NCBI GenBank assembly: GCA_020184695.1
Contig: JAANOX010000149.1
Location: 124,001 to 188,000 of the forward strand
DNA: 64,000 nucleotides
Direction: 5' to 3'
From: Histomonas meleagridis 2922-C6/04-290x
Taxonomy: Eukaryota; Protista; Parabasalia
Part shown: piece after piece, positions 32,367 to 42,171 of the stretch
Numbering within the stretch: the stretch's first letter is position 1
Layout: each line of letters opens with the position of its first letter
The notes under the pieces: model-generated
The model's database searches: none
The model's input: the letters and a program-made list of their open reading frames with translations, nothing else
What the model was told of the DNA's origin: nothing
Program-made: the position numbers and the translations under genes

Positions 32367-34544
32367 ATGGTTCAAGTGTTGTTCTTCATTATACAAATTG
32401 CTCATTCAGAAAATATCGATAACAAAATTCAACTTCGTGTGAGTTATGATGGATCTCGGGCAATATTAAACTGGACTGGTTTCCATCAAACTCAAAATGT
32501 ATATTATACAGTATATTCATCTATTGACAATGGAATTAATTGGCTTCCTGTAAGTTCATTTGATTATAACACAACACAAGAGGTTAAAGTTCTTAATGTT
32601 TATCCTGTTGGAAGTGCTGGAATTACTATTCCTCGAGTAACATTCTATTTTAAAGATGGTTCTACTCTTACAACAGAGAGGTCAGCTTCTTTAAAAGTTT
32701 GGATGGAAGGTGGTTATTACGATTATGAAGGACATTTTTCTTTTGATGCATATGGTCTTAATCCTTATACAAAAGAACAAATTATTAAAGTTACACCGAA
32801 AACAACAGCAGATTTTGAAAAAATCTTGTTAGACGAGATGCGTAATTATGATGTAATAGTTTTTGGCACATGGGATGCTAACGGACGTGAATATCTCAGT
32901 GATGAAGCAGTTGAACGTGTTAAGGAATATATTAATCTTGGCTATGGAGTTCTTATTGGACATGATGTCATAGGATCTGAATTTGGGAATGAAGTAGGAC
33001 TTGGTCGAATTGCGGATATGTTTGGAATTAAGCTTGGAACACGACAATGTCAATGGCTTCCAAAATGTTCTGATGGTACCATTGATCAACATTGGGGTCA
33101 TTGGTCACAAGAAGTTTTAGTTCTAAAGAGGGGACTCTTGACACAATTTCCACATACAATTTATCAATCAAATCTTTTAACTATTCTACTAACACATACA
33201 TGTGATAATGCAGCATTTGGTGATGTATGGCTGGAATTAGGCACAACCAAAGAAGGTGATGTACCAGATAACTTTGATGTTGGAAGTTTTGAAGAAGTAG
33301 AAAACTATGCATGGAGCCTTTCGGGTTATTCTGATATTCGATATGGAAATCCGCATTATTATTTGACAACATATCGAAACACAGCAATGATTCAAATGGG
33401 TCATAGTGATGCTTCTTCGACAGAAGATGAACGAAAAGTTTTAGCGAATACTATTTATTATTTATATCAACGAACATCAAATCAATATTCATATGATTAT
33501 TCATTTGAAGATCGAACAGCACCAACTAAACCGACCATTACACAACCAGACATAAGTGAAAGAACAGTTCAACTTTCATCCGAAGATCCGAAAGATATTT
33601 ATTTATATCGCGTTGAAGGACAAACATATAATGGTGATGAAAAATTTACATCAGATATAGTATCACTTGAATATCCAACAGGAATCAAAGAATATTATTA
33701 TATCATTGATAATAATCAAAGCACAGAAATTACAATCGATATGGAAAGTGAATTTAGCAAAACGACGACTGGAATTATTGAAGATATTATCAATGAAGAT
33801 GTATATATTCATGCAGTAGCTATTGACATTTCAGGTAAAATGAGTGAAACATCTCATTTTTATCTTGAGAAAACACCCGATCCAACAAACACATTCTCAC
33901 AATCAAATACGTATTCACAGAGTAATACATTTAGTCAATCAAATACATTTACACAATCAAATACATTTACACAATCAAATACATTTACACAATCAAATAC
34001 ATTTACACAATCAAATACATTCAAACAATCAAATACATTCGTACAGAGTAATGTATTTGTGCAATCAGATACATATACTGCAGATGTATCCATTACGAAT
34101 ACTTTGATTTTTTCGATTTCTTATTCGATGTCATTAAGTGCTTATCAAAGGTCAATTGAAGTTTCATATATAACGTCACACATTGGCGCAAGTATAATTT
34201 TCATTAAGACAGAATTTATTATCTATGATTATTCGATGATATTATTTTCTTCTTATTATAGTTTTTATATAACAACAAATTTTTATACATATAATAATTC
34301 AGATGAAATTAATGGGAAAGAACAAATTTCAAAAGGCGCATTAATAGCAATTGTTTGTTCAGCAGTAGCAATTGCATTAATTATCATTGGAATTGTTATA
34401 TTTTTAATTCGTAATAAACAAATGAAAGAAAAAACAAAATCAACAACATCAAATAAAACAGAACAAAATATGAATGAAAAATATATTCACATTGATGAAA
34501 ATGTTCAAAACTTAGCAAGCAATGATAATGATCAATGGTTATAA
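32367..34544 (+). CDS. Type I membrane surface protein with a bacterial-like extracellular domain and SNTFTQ repeats
   Basis: Signal-like N-terminus; VLNVYP, VIVFGTWDANG, GVLIGHD, TAMIQMGHS, ERKVLANTIYY; hexapeptide repeats; TM helix ALIAIVCSAVAIALIIIGIVIFLI; tail NDNDQWL. Confidence 0.85.
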   Translation: MVQVLFFIIQIAHSENIDNKIQLRVSYDGSRAILNWTGFHQTQNVYYTVYSSIDNGINWLPVSSFDYNTTQEVKVLNVYPVGSAGITIPRVTFYFKDGSTLTTERSASLKVWMEGGYYDYEGHFSFDAYGLNPYTKEQIIKVTPKTTADFEKILLDEMRNYDVIVFGTWDANGREYLSDEAVERVKEYINLGYGVLIGHDVIGSEFGNEVGLGRIADMFGIKLGTRQCQWLPKCSDGTIDQHWGHWSQEVLVLKRGLLTQFPHTIYQSNLLTILLTHTCDNAAFGDVWLELGTTKEGDVPDNFDVGSFEEVENYAWSLSGYSDIRYGNPHYYLTTYRNTAMIQMGHSDASSTEDERKVLANTIYYLYQRTSNQYSYDYSFEDRTAPTKPTITQPDISERTVQLSSEDPKDIYLYRVEGQTYNGDEKFTSDIVSLEYPTGIKEYYYIIDNNQSTEITIDMESEFSKTTTGIIEDIINEDVYIHAVAIDISGKMSETSHFYLEKTPDPTNTFSQSNTYSQSNTFSQSNTFTQSNTFTQSNTFTQSNTFTQSNTFKQSNTFVQSNVFVQSDTYTADVSITNTLIFSISYSMSLSAYQRSIEVSYITSHIGASIIFIKTEFIIYDYSMILFSSYYSFYITTNFYTYNNSDEINGKEQISKGALIAIVCSAVAIALIIIGIVIFLIRNKQMKEKTKSTTSNKTEQNMNEKYIHIDENVQNLASNDNDQWL
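33885..34080 (+). repeat. Coding 18-bp tandem repeat (SNTFTQ, about 11 units)
   Basis: Four perfect CAATCAAATACATTTACA copies at 33936-34007, flanked by variants. Confidence 0.9.
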
Positions 34545-34892
34545 TTTTCAAATGTTTTATAATAATAAAAATTTATCATTTTATTATTTTTCATTGTTCA
34601 GAGACAACTTTAACATTTTGTTAAATCTCATGTTCTGAGAACAAATAAAACAAATTTCGATGGTTATAATAAATTTAAATTATATTGTTTTTATCAATAA
34701 TAAAAAAATTTAGTTTATTTTGATTTGATGAAAAAGTTTTTGTTTACGAAAAATACGTTAAGTCATATCACATAACTTTGTAAAAACTACGGTTTTGTAC
34801 TGATTTCTTTCCGGTGATTAACGGTTAACGAAGAAATTTCTGAACATTTCTATAGTTTACATACCATTTGAGCGGTACATATCAATTTTCTG

Positions 34893-35837
34893 ATGCCACT
34901 TTATGTGCCATGCCCTGTAAATAAGCCAGAATACCACAATCAGAAAGAATTAGCTGATGTTAGTGATGAAGAATTCCATGAAATCTTCCAACCAAAAAAA
35001 CCTAATACTTTTTCAAAGATATATCGTGCGATCACTTTTGTCTTATTTTTAGGGCCTATTAGATTGGTTTTGACAGTTCTATTCACTGTCCTTTACTTTT
35101 TATTCACAGCTCTACTTTCACATACAGAAAGATTCTTTGATTCAAAACAAAAATTCAGGAATTTTGTCTTTAAGACAGCACACCCATTTCAACGCATTGC
35201 AATGTTCTTTGCAGGTGTGGTCAAAGTCAATATCAATGGTAAAATCGATCCCAGAACACGATCTTTAATAACAAATCATTTATCACTTTTTGATGCGCCC
35301 ATGATATGTTCCATCCATCCTTTATGCTTTGTATTAATGGAATCTTTGAGAAGCGTTTGGCTTTTAAGGAAGTTTGGAGATGTTTATGGATTCATATATG
35401 TTGATCGATCAGTCAAATGTAACACAACGGAAAAAATTATTAACACTCAGAATGATCCAGAGTCACCTCCACTTCAAGTTTTCCCAGAAGGCAAAGTTAC
35501 CAATGGAGATTGCATAATGGGATTCAGAACAGGAGCATTCGTGAATGACACCGTTATACAGCCAGTTACAATGAGGTACAACCAGTACTTGATAAGAGAG
35601 GACATGGCAACTGTTTCTTGGTTGGAAGATAGTATTTTAACATACTTATATCAATACTTTTCGATCCCATTTATGACCCTCAACATCAATATATTAGATC
35701 CAATAGACTTCAAAGGTTCAAAGAAAACGCCACAAGAAAGAGCAGCTGAGGTTCAACTGATTATGGCAAATTCACTTGGTTGCAAAGCAATCAAAAGAAC
35801 GAACAAAGAAATATTCCAAAAACCAAAAGCTGAATAA
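34893..35837 (+). CDS. Lysophospholipid acyltransferase (PlsC/LPCAT family)
   Basis: NHLSLFD (HX4D), FIYVDRS, VFPEGKVTN, FRTGAF, IQPVTMRY. Confidence 0.92.
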   Translation: MPLYVPCPVNKPEYHNQKELADVSDEEFHEIFQPKKPNTFSKIYRAITFVLFLGPIRLVLTVLFTVLYFLFTALLSHTERFFDSKQKFRNFVFKTAHPFQRIAMFFAGVVKVNINGKIDPRTRSLITNHLSLFDAPMICSIHPLCFVLMESLRSVWLLRKFGDVYGFIYVDRSVKCNTTEKIINTQNDPESPPLQVFPEGKVTNGDCIMGFRTGAFVNDTVIQPVTMRYNQYLIREDMATVSWLEDSILTYLYQYFSIPFMTLNINILDPIDFKGSKKTPQERAAEVQLIMANSLGCKAIKRTNKEIFQKPKAE

Positions 35838-36065
35838 AAATTTTCATGTTTTTGATTTTGAAGAAATTTCATTTGTAATTATGTTTAAGAATAAAAATCT
35901 GATCTGAGTGTTATTGCATAACAAAGTTTGATTTTCCAGATCTAGATTTTGAATTTGAAGATATGATTAAAACAAAAAATGAGCACAAACAACCAGGGGC
36001 CCGTTTTTGTAAAAGGGAAAGGTTTATTAATATGAATAAAAACATTTAATCTGTCTTGATTAATT

Positions 36066-36306
36066 CTATAGCATGGCTTTTAACCCGCCAACAACCATAG
36101 CTGCACCAACTATTTCTATAAATACGAATTCTGAGAAGACCAAGGTTCTTATTGGATATAGAAAATAAGAGCAGATTCCTTTTTTATCTGGATCGCACCA
36201 CCCACAAATCATTGGCATTACTAATAGTAACCATGTGTATATGAAAAATAATGCCAATGCAAAAAAGAAGAGAAACTTATTTAGGAAAGAAATTGTTGAA
36301 TGACAT
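36066..36306 (-). pseudogene. DPM2-like small membrane protein with a 1-nt frameshift near the 5' end
   Basis: FFIYTWLLLVMP..D...SYFLYP plus a second TM helix resembles DPM2. An Inr-preceded ATG at 36306 is out of frame by one extra T (AACAATTTCTTTCCTAAAT). Confidence 0.55.
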
Positions 36307-36399
36307 TTGAAGTGAAATTACTTTATTAACAATATAAAATGAAATAAAAAATTCGGAAATTTTAGTATTTAATAATAAACTTATGTCAAAAAAGATAAA

Positions 36400-36801
36400 T
36401 TACTCTTCCTTCTTCTTTGTTTGACCAAGAAGAACCTTGTGAATATGTGGAACAACACCTGCAGATGCAATTGTAATATTCGAAAGAAGTTGGTTCAATT
36501 CTTCATCATTACGAATAGCAAGCATAATATGACGTGGTGAGATTCTTGTCTTCTTGTTATCACGAGCTGCATTTCCTGCAAGTTCAAGAACTTCGACTGT
36601 AAGATATTCAAGAACTGCAGCCATGAATACTGGAGCACCTGCACCAACACGATCTCCATAACGACCTTCACGAAGGAAACGATGAAGACGACCAACTGGA
36701 AATTGAAGTCCTGCACGACTTGATCTTGTCTTTGGATGAGCACGTTCTCCATCAACTGCTGTCTTTGTGGCTGTTTTCTTAACACCTTTCTTAGCTGGCA
36801 T
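36400..36801 (-). CDS. H2A: Histone H2A
   Basis: [51 protein letters not shown]. Confidence 0.98.
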   Translation of the reverse strand: MPAKKGVKKTATKTAVDGERAHPKTRSSRAGLQFPVGRLHRFLREGRYGDRVGAGAPVFMAAVLEYLTVEVLELAGNAARDNKKTRISPRHIMLAIRNDEELNQLLSNITIASAGVVPHIHKVLLGQTKKKEE

Positions 36802-37102
36802 ATAAAAAAAATGATTTTATTGTTCAAACAAATATATACCTCAATTCATATATTCAAAAAATTTTGGTGTAAAACGACATCAAAATTACCCGGTATATTA
36901 TCAAAATTATTTATTAAAATTTTAATGATTTAAAACGGCAATTAATTTGAGTGAAGTTTTCACAATTTTTTCGTTATAAATTAATGGGAGTTAAATGACA
37001 TTAAAATATATTCAAATTTATATATTCAAAATGCAAGGTCCTAAAATGGCAATCAATATAATTCATTCAATTTTTTCGCCATAATATTAACATTTTTTTT
37101 AA

Positions 37103-37489
37103 ATGTCAACTAAGAAACCTGCCTCTAAGACACCAACAGAAAAGAAACCAGCTGTTGAAGGTGAAGCACCAGCAGAAACTGAAAAGGAAAAGAAGCAACG
37201 TCATAAGAAGAGGAATGAATCTTTCTCATCTTACATTTTCAAAGTTTTGAAACAAGTTCATCCAGATATTGGAATTTCCAACAAAGCTATGTTAGTAATG
37301 AACAACTTTGTCACTGATATTTTCGAACGTATTGCACGCGAAGGTGCCCGCCTTGTTGATATGAATGATCGTAACACACTTGGATCGCGCGAAATCCAAA
37401 CAGCAGTTCGACTTGTTCTTCCCGGAGATCTTGCCAAACATGCCGTATCAGAAGGTGGTAAAGCTGTAGCCAAATTCAATGCAGAATAA
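37103..37489 (+). CDS. H2B: Histone H2B (divergent pair with H2A)
   Basis: [51 protein letters not shown]. Confidence 0.98.
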   Translation: MSTKKPASKTPTEKKPAVEGEAPAETEKEKKQRHKKRNESFSSYIFKVLKQVHPDIGISNKAMLVMNNFVTDIFERIAREGARLVDMNDRNTLGSREIQTAVRLVLPGDLAKHAVSEGGKAVAKFNAE

Positions 37490-37521
37490 GAAAAACGAAT
37501 TTTTATATTAAAACATATTTA

Positions 37522-40080
37522 TTAAGAAACCAAACACCCACTTCCATTTTTCATCAAATTTTTTTGGTAACCTTTTTTCATAGCCAAATCGAATAACTCT
37601 TTTATACCTTCACCTTCTTTAGCCGAACATTCCATATAATCGGCATTTATTTCATCAGCTAAATTTCGAACTTCTTCGAAAGAAACACAATTATACTTTT
37701 TAGTTTTTCTGAAATCAGCATTTGTACCTATTAAAAGTAAATTTCCATTACTTAAATATGATTTAATTTCATTATACCAAATATCTTTTGCATTATAAAA
37801 AGACAATCTATTCGCCACAGAAAAGCACAAAACAAAGACATCAATATTTGGATAAAAAAGTTTTCGAATATCTTTTGGTTCATCGTTAATTGGGATCAAA
37901 TAAATATTATGTAATTTGTCGTCAAAAATTTTTTGTAATTTATAATAAATGATTTGTGGAACAACGTAACGAAATTGTTTATAAAAAAATCGATAAATCA
38001 TTGAATTCTTTCCAATATTTTCATCACCAATTATATAAATTTTTATAATTGATTGATGAAACATTTTTTGATAAAACAATTTTTTTAAATCATGATTAGA
38101 ATCAAACACAAATTTATTAAATAATTTATATATTGTTAACCATTTATTTCGAATGAAACAAGGAAAATTTACCGAATTGATTATTGCCATATCGAAATTT
38201 CCAAAACAATAACAAAAATATTTTATAAATTCTTCTTTATAATTATTTGTTAATGATATTATTGTACCAAATATTAACGCGTCTTTTTCATCTTGATTCT
38301 TTATACAAGAAAATGCGTTTTCGATAATATTAATAATTTTCGGTATTTTCGTTATTACTGTTATTAAATTTGATTGTAATATGTAAGTCATAATGTTTTG
38401 TAAATATTTTTGATGTTTTTCTTTTAAATGTATTGATATTTCATTATAATTTATTAAAACCTTATTCGAAAATTGTTTATAAAATTTGGTGTCTGCTATT
38501 ATACTTTGTGATGATATAAAATTCCAAAATTTTATTTCTCGATATGAACTTTCTTTACATTTATTTGCAATATAACGAAAGATTTCAAATAAATTTTGAT
38601 TTGTTGAATCAACTAAATTTTTTAATGATTTTTTACATGCGATAATTGATAATAATATTTCATATCGTTTAACTTTATCATTATATTCATTAGCCATACA
38701 TTTTAATGCATAAATATGAAACTCTTTTTTATATATAATTGGAACTTTTTCCATATTATTTGAATTAATATTAATATTATTTAAAAATCGCATAAATGCA
38801 TCAAATGGTTCATATTTATTCTCTTCACATAAATGAATGAATTTCAGATATACGCGTAAAAAATTTTCATTTTTTTCAATCAGATAATCTTTTTCAATCG
38901 GTTCAAGAATAATAATTTTTTCTCGACTTTCAATGATTTCATCACATCCTTTTTTAAACAATTCATTATTAGTAAAATATAAATCAATTAAAAATATTTT
39001 TTCTGTTTTATTTTGCTCTTGAAAATCTTTGCAATAATTATTAAAACTCTTGTAGTCTAAATTATGTAAATTTATTAGTTTATATAAACTTAATATTTCA
39101 TTACCTGTTGCATAAAATGGTATATGGTTTAAGATCCTATAACCATCTTTGGTAGCAATATCTGAGTAAGAAAAACTACCATAAATTGAAAGCAAGGGCA
39201 TTTGAGCATAGACATGTGATGTAAAAGCATTGCAAAAAGATTTGTAATGAATAAACTTTTTTTTATTGGTCGCTAAATCATTTAGAAATTTAATTAATGA
39301 ATAATCATAATTCCGAATCTTTAGCTGTGGAATAATTAGTGTGTTAATAAATGTAAGAGGAAAAAGTTCTTTTTTTTCATGATTGTAACAATTATTAGCA
39401 AGTATAAAATGATGCTGAGTAAGAAATCTACAAGCATATTTGATGGATGCAACAAAGTTGTCGAAAACTTTTTCGAATTCTTTTGTCGTATTGGGGGTTA
39501 AGCCAGACTCAAATGTTAGTTCATCAAATTTTTCAAATAAAGAGGTTAAAAACATTGGATATGATTCATAAAACGAGCTAATGATGTGGCATGAAACTTT
39601 CGGTTCGACTTTCACAATCAACGTCACAATGATAGATGTTGCAAAATTAATTGTCTCAGGGAGAGTATAGTAACAGCAAAAAGCTGGAAACGTGACATGC
39701 GCAAACAAAATAAAATCAGTTGTTAGATATGGGAAACGACGACATATATTTTTCACAAATTGAGACTTGCTTCCTCCAAATAATTTATGTTGAATGGTTT
39801 CTTTTAGTGAAGGATCATTATGAGAAAAATTTGTTACATTTTTTGGATCTGAATAAATTTTTAATATATTTGAATATGGAAATACCTCCTTACCGAGAAA
39901 AAAACTAACTGTTATATATGCCGAAATTTGTTGATTGACAATAAGTTTTCGATAATTATAATTAAACTCATCTGATTCTTTTTTGATTTCTGCATCAAGC
40001 CCAAACCATTTAACTTGTTTTTTCAACCCCTTAATCGTTTCTTTTAAACTTTCAAGAATAACTTCATTTTCATTCATCAA
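37522..40080 (-). CDS. Large protein with a C-terminal degenerate Rho-family GTPase domain
   Basis: IIGDENIGKNS, FYPNIDVFVLCFSVANRLSF, LLIGTNAD, YMECSAK, terminal CLVS (CaaX-like). Confidence 0.8.
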   Translation of the reverse strand: MMNENEVILESLKETIKGLKKQVKWFGLDAEIKKESDEFNYNYRKLIVNQQISAYITVSFFLGKEVFPYSNILKIYSDPKNVTNFSHNDPSLKETIQHKLFGGSKSQFVKNICRRFPYLTTDFILFAHVTFPAFCCYYTLPETINFATSIIVTLIVKVEPKVSCHIISSFYESYPMFLTSLFEKFDELTFESGLTPNTTKEFEKVFDNFVASIKYACRFLTQHHFILANNCYNHEKKELFPLTFINTLIIPQLKIRNYDYSLIKFLNDLATNKKKFIHYKSFCNAFTSHVYAQMPLLSIYGSFSYSDIATKDGYRILNHIPFYATGNEILSLYKLINLHNLDYKSFNNYCKDFQEQNKTEKIFLIDLYFTNNELFKKGCDEIIESREKIIILEPIEKDYLIEKNENFLRVYLKFIHLCEENKYEPFDAFMRFLNNININSNNMEKVPIIYKKEFHIYALKCMANEYNDKVKRYEILLSIIACKKSLKNLVDSTNQNLFEIFRYIANKCKESSYREIKFWNFISSQSIIADTKFYKQFSNKVLINYNEISIHLKEKHQKYLQNIMTYILQSNLITVITKIPKIINIIENAFSCIKNQDEKDALIFGTIISLTNNYKEEFIKYFCYCFGNFDMAIINSVNFPCFIRNKWLTIYKLFNKFVFDSNHDLKKLFYQKMFHQSIIKIYIIGDENIGKNSMIYRFFYKQFRYVVPQIIYYKLQKIFDDKLHNIYLIPINDEPKDIRKLFYPNIDVFVLCFSVANRLSFYNAKDIWYNEIKSYLSNGNLLLIGTNADFRKTKKYNCVSFEEVRNLADEINADYMECSAKEGEGIKELFDLAMKKGYQKNLMKNGSGCLVS

Positions 40081-40436
40081 TTGAATGTGGGCAATTTACA
40101 CAAATTTGTGTAGTACTACTTTTGATCGTTTTTAACAGAAATACCATTCGAAAAGTTGGACTCAATTTTTGAGCATCAGTTCATTGGCATTTTTGTCAGT
40201 GGGCAGCCAAAAATTTAACGTTAAACATAATTGTGACTTGTACAAGGCAATTAAATAAGTATTTTGGAGATTGCTTCCCAAAATTGAAAATGGTGATGAT
40301 CGCGGATGTAAAGTTTATATATATCCGTGGGCATTAACTGATTCTGGCTGTACCCAAATACTTACTTTAAATCCATTCGAACTGGAAAGACATTATCCCT
40401 ACATCTGAGCATTTATTTTATGTTCCGCTAATCTTA

Positions 40437-41432
40437 ATGAATCCTCACTATACAGGAAAAGTTAAATTAACATACGATGGACTTAACAAAGAAAATAAGA
40501 AGCCGCCAATTCTTCATTTCCAACAATTATTTGAATTTAAAGGTAGTGATTTAATTAATTGTCCACGAGTTATTCGATATTCAGATAACAAAGATTATGT
40601 TAAAATTAACATTAAACCAAATAATTCTCTTAATCATTTTTCACTTGATAGATGTATTTCATTAAATTCAGTTCCAAACAAGAATATGCATAATTATTTA
40701 TTAAGTGTTAAGTCTTTAGTTGTTAATGAAAATGTAACGGATGAAAAAATATTTCATCGTATTAATTTAAACGTTGACGATCCATTTCCAATTCAAGTTG
40801 CACTTAAATATTTCCAACGACCATTACCTGATACAATACATATTTTTGCAGAACATCAATTATTAACTACGGGTGGTTTCCAATTTGATTTAGGATTTAT
40901 TGCATATGATATCACATCGATTTTATTTATCCACAAAAGCCATCGATGCTCAATGATGCAGTAAAACTTGCTATTGATGAAAATGGAAGGTATAATGAAT
41001 TTGGTAGAGAGATATTCTATTATCAAACTTAATCAATTGCCTCCAGAAGTATTTTGTTTATCATTCGGAGTTTCGGAAAATACAAACAAGAAATTTAATA
41101 CGAAATTGGGCGCATTCTTTAGAGTTTATGATGCAAAAGATGATTTGGAATTAATGGGTTTCACTGGAAGGAAAAAAGGGCTCCATTCTTGTGTTTGGAT
41201 GTTTTCCATATTTAGATGTAATGGTGATTGGGCAATAGTACCAACAATGCGTACTTACAGTGGTAAAGGCTTAGTAGGTGGAATTATTGCTCTGAATCAA
41301 AGTATCAAAGAAGACATGAAAAAAGAGAGATACTTTGATCGAATTTTAAAACAAGAAAAAGTCAATGAAAAGAGTTTTTGGAACTTTCAAACAAGAAAAT
41401 TTAACTGTAAGCAATTAGAAAAACAATTTTAA
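40437..41432 (+). pseudogene. TerD-like domain protein split by compensating frameshifts (ORFs 40437-40964 and 40968-41432)
   Basis: FDLGFIAY, IKLNQLPPEVFCLSFGV, AFFRVYDAKDDLEL and IFRCNGDWAIV resemble TerD; the bridging segment is open in a shifted frame at 40928-41020. Confidence 0.55.
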
Positions 41433-42171
41433 AATTTAATTATTGCGGTTAATAATGGTTCTTTCAAAATAATAAATCATTTGTACCTAAAGTTGAGGCG
41501 AAAAGTTCAAAAAAAATTTTTTCGGTAAAATTGTATCAAACCAAGAAATAGCAATCGTGATAACACATAATGTATCTCTGATAACATATTTCATCTGAAG
41601 AAAATTAAAATACAATCTAAAAAATCGTCTGAATTTAATTCTAATTTATTGTGAAAAAAAATCAATAAAATCTGTTTTTTGAGATTATAGAAATTTTGAT
41701 GGAAGTTTTTATCTACTAATCATATTTTTATTTCGATAATTACAGCTGTTTCAAATCTATTTTGATTTTTCGGCATGATTTCGATACTTCACGTTGATTT
41801 TTGTGTGTTTCACTCGAAATGTTGACAGAAATTCTTTTACGGTCACTTTTTGAATAATTCTAAAAGTACACAATTTTGACTCGGACACACAAAAGTTGGA
41901 TGAACATTCAATTTAAACTTTATTTTCATAAAAAGTTGGTTGTTTTCCCTTAAATCCCATTCAAATGTCAAGTCCTCACTTGTGAGCAAGTAAATGAGAT
42001 CTTTTCATGTCACCTAATGCTTCATGTGTGTGCCTTGGCATCCAAAATAATTTTGATGAAAACTTACATGTCACATCGAAAAACAGTTGTTACACACATT
42101 TCTAATGAAAAATTATAGGTTTTTCGTTACAACCAAACCAGATTTATATTGGAAACGCATATCCCAAATCG

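Noticed and set aside
36400-37489. Divergent H2A-H2B pair as a novelty
   Set aside because: A common arrangement in eukaryotes.
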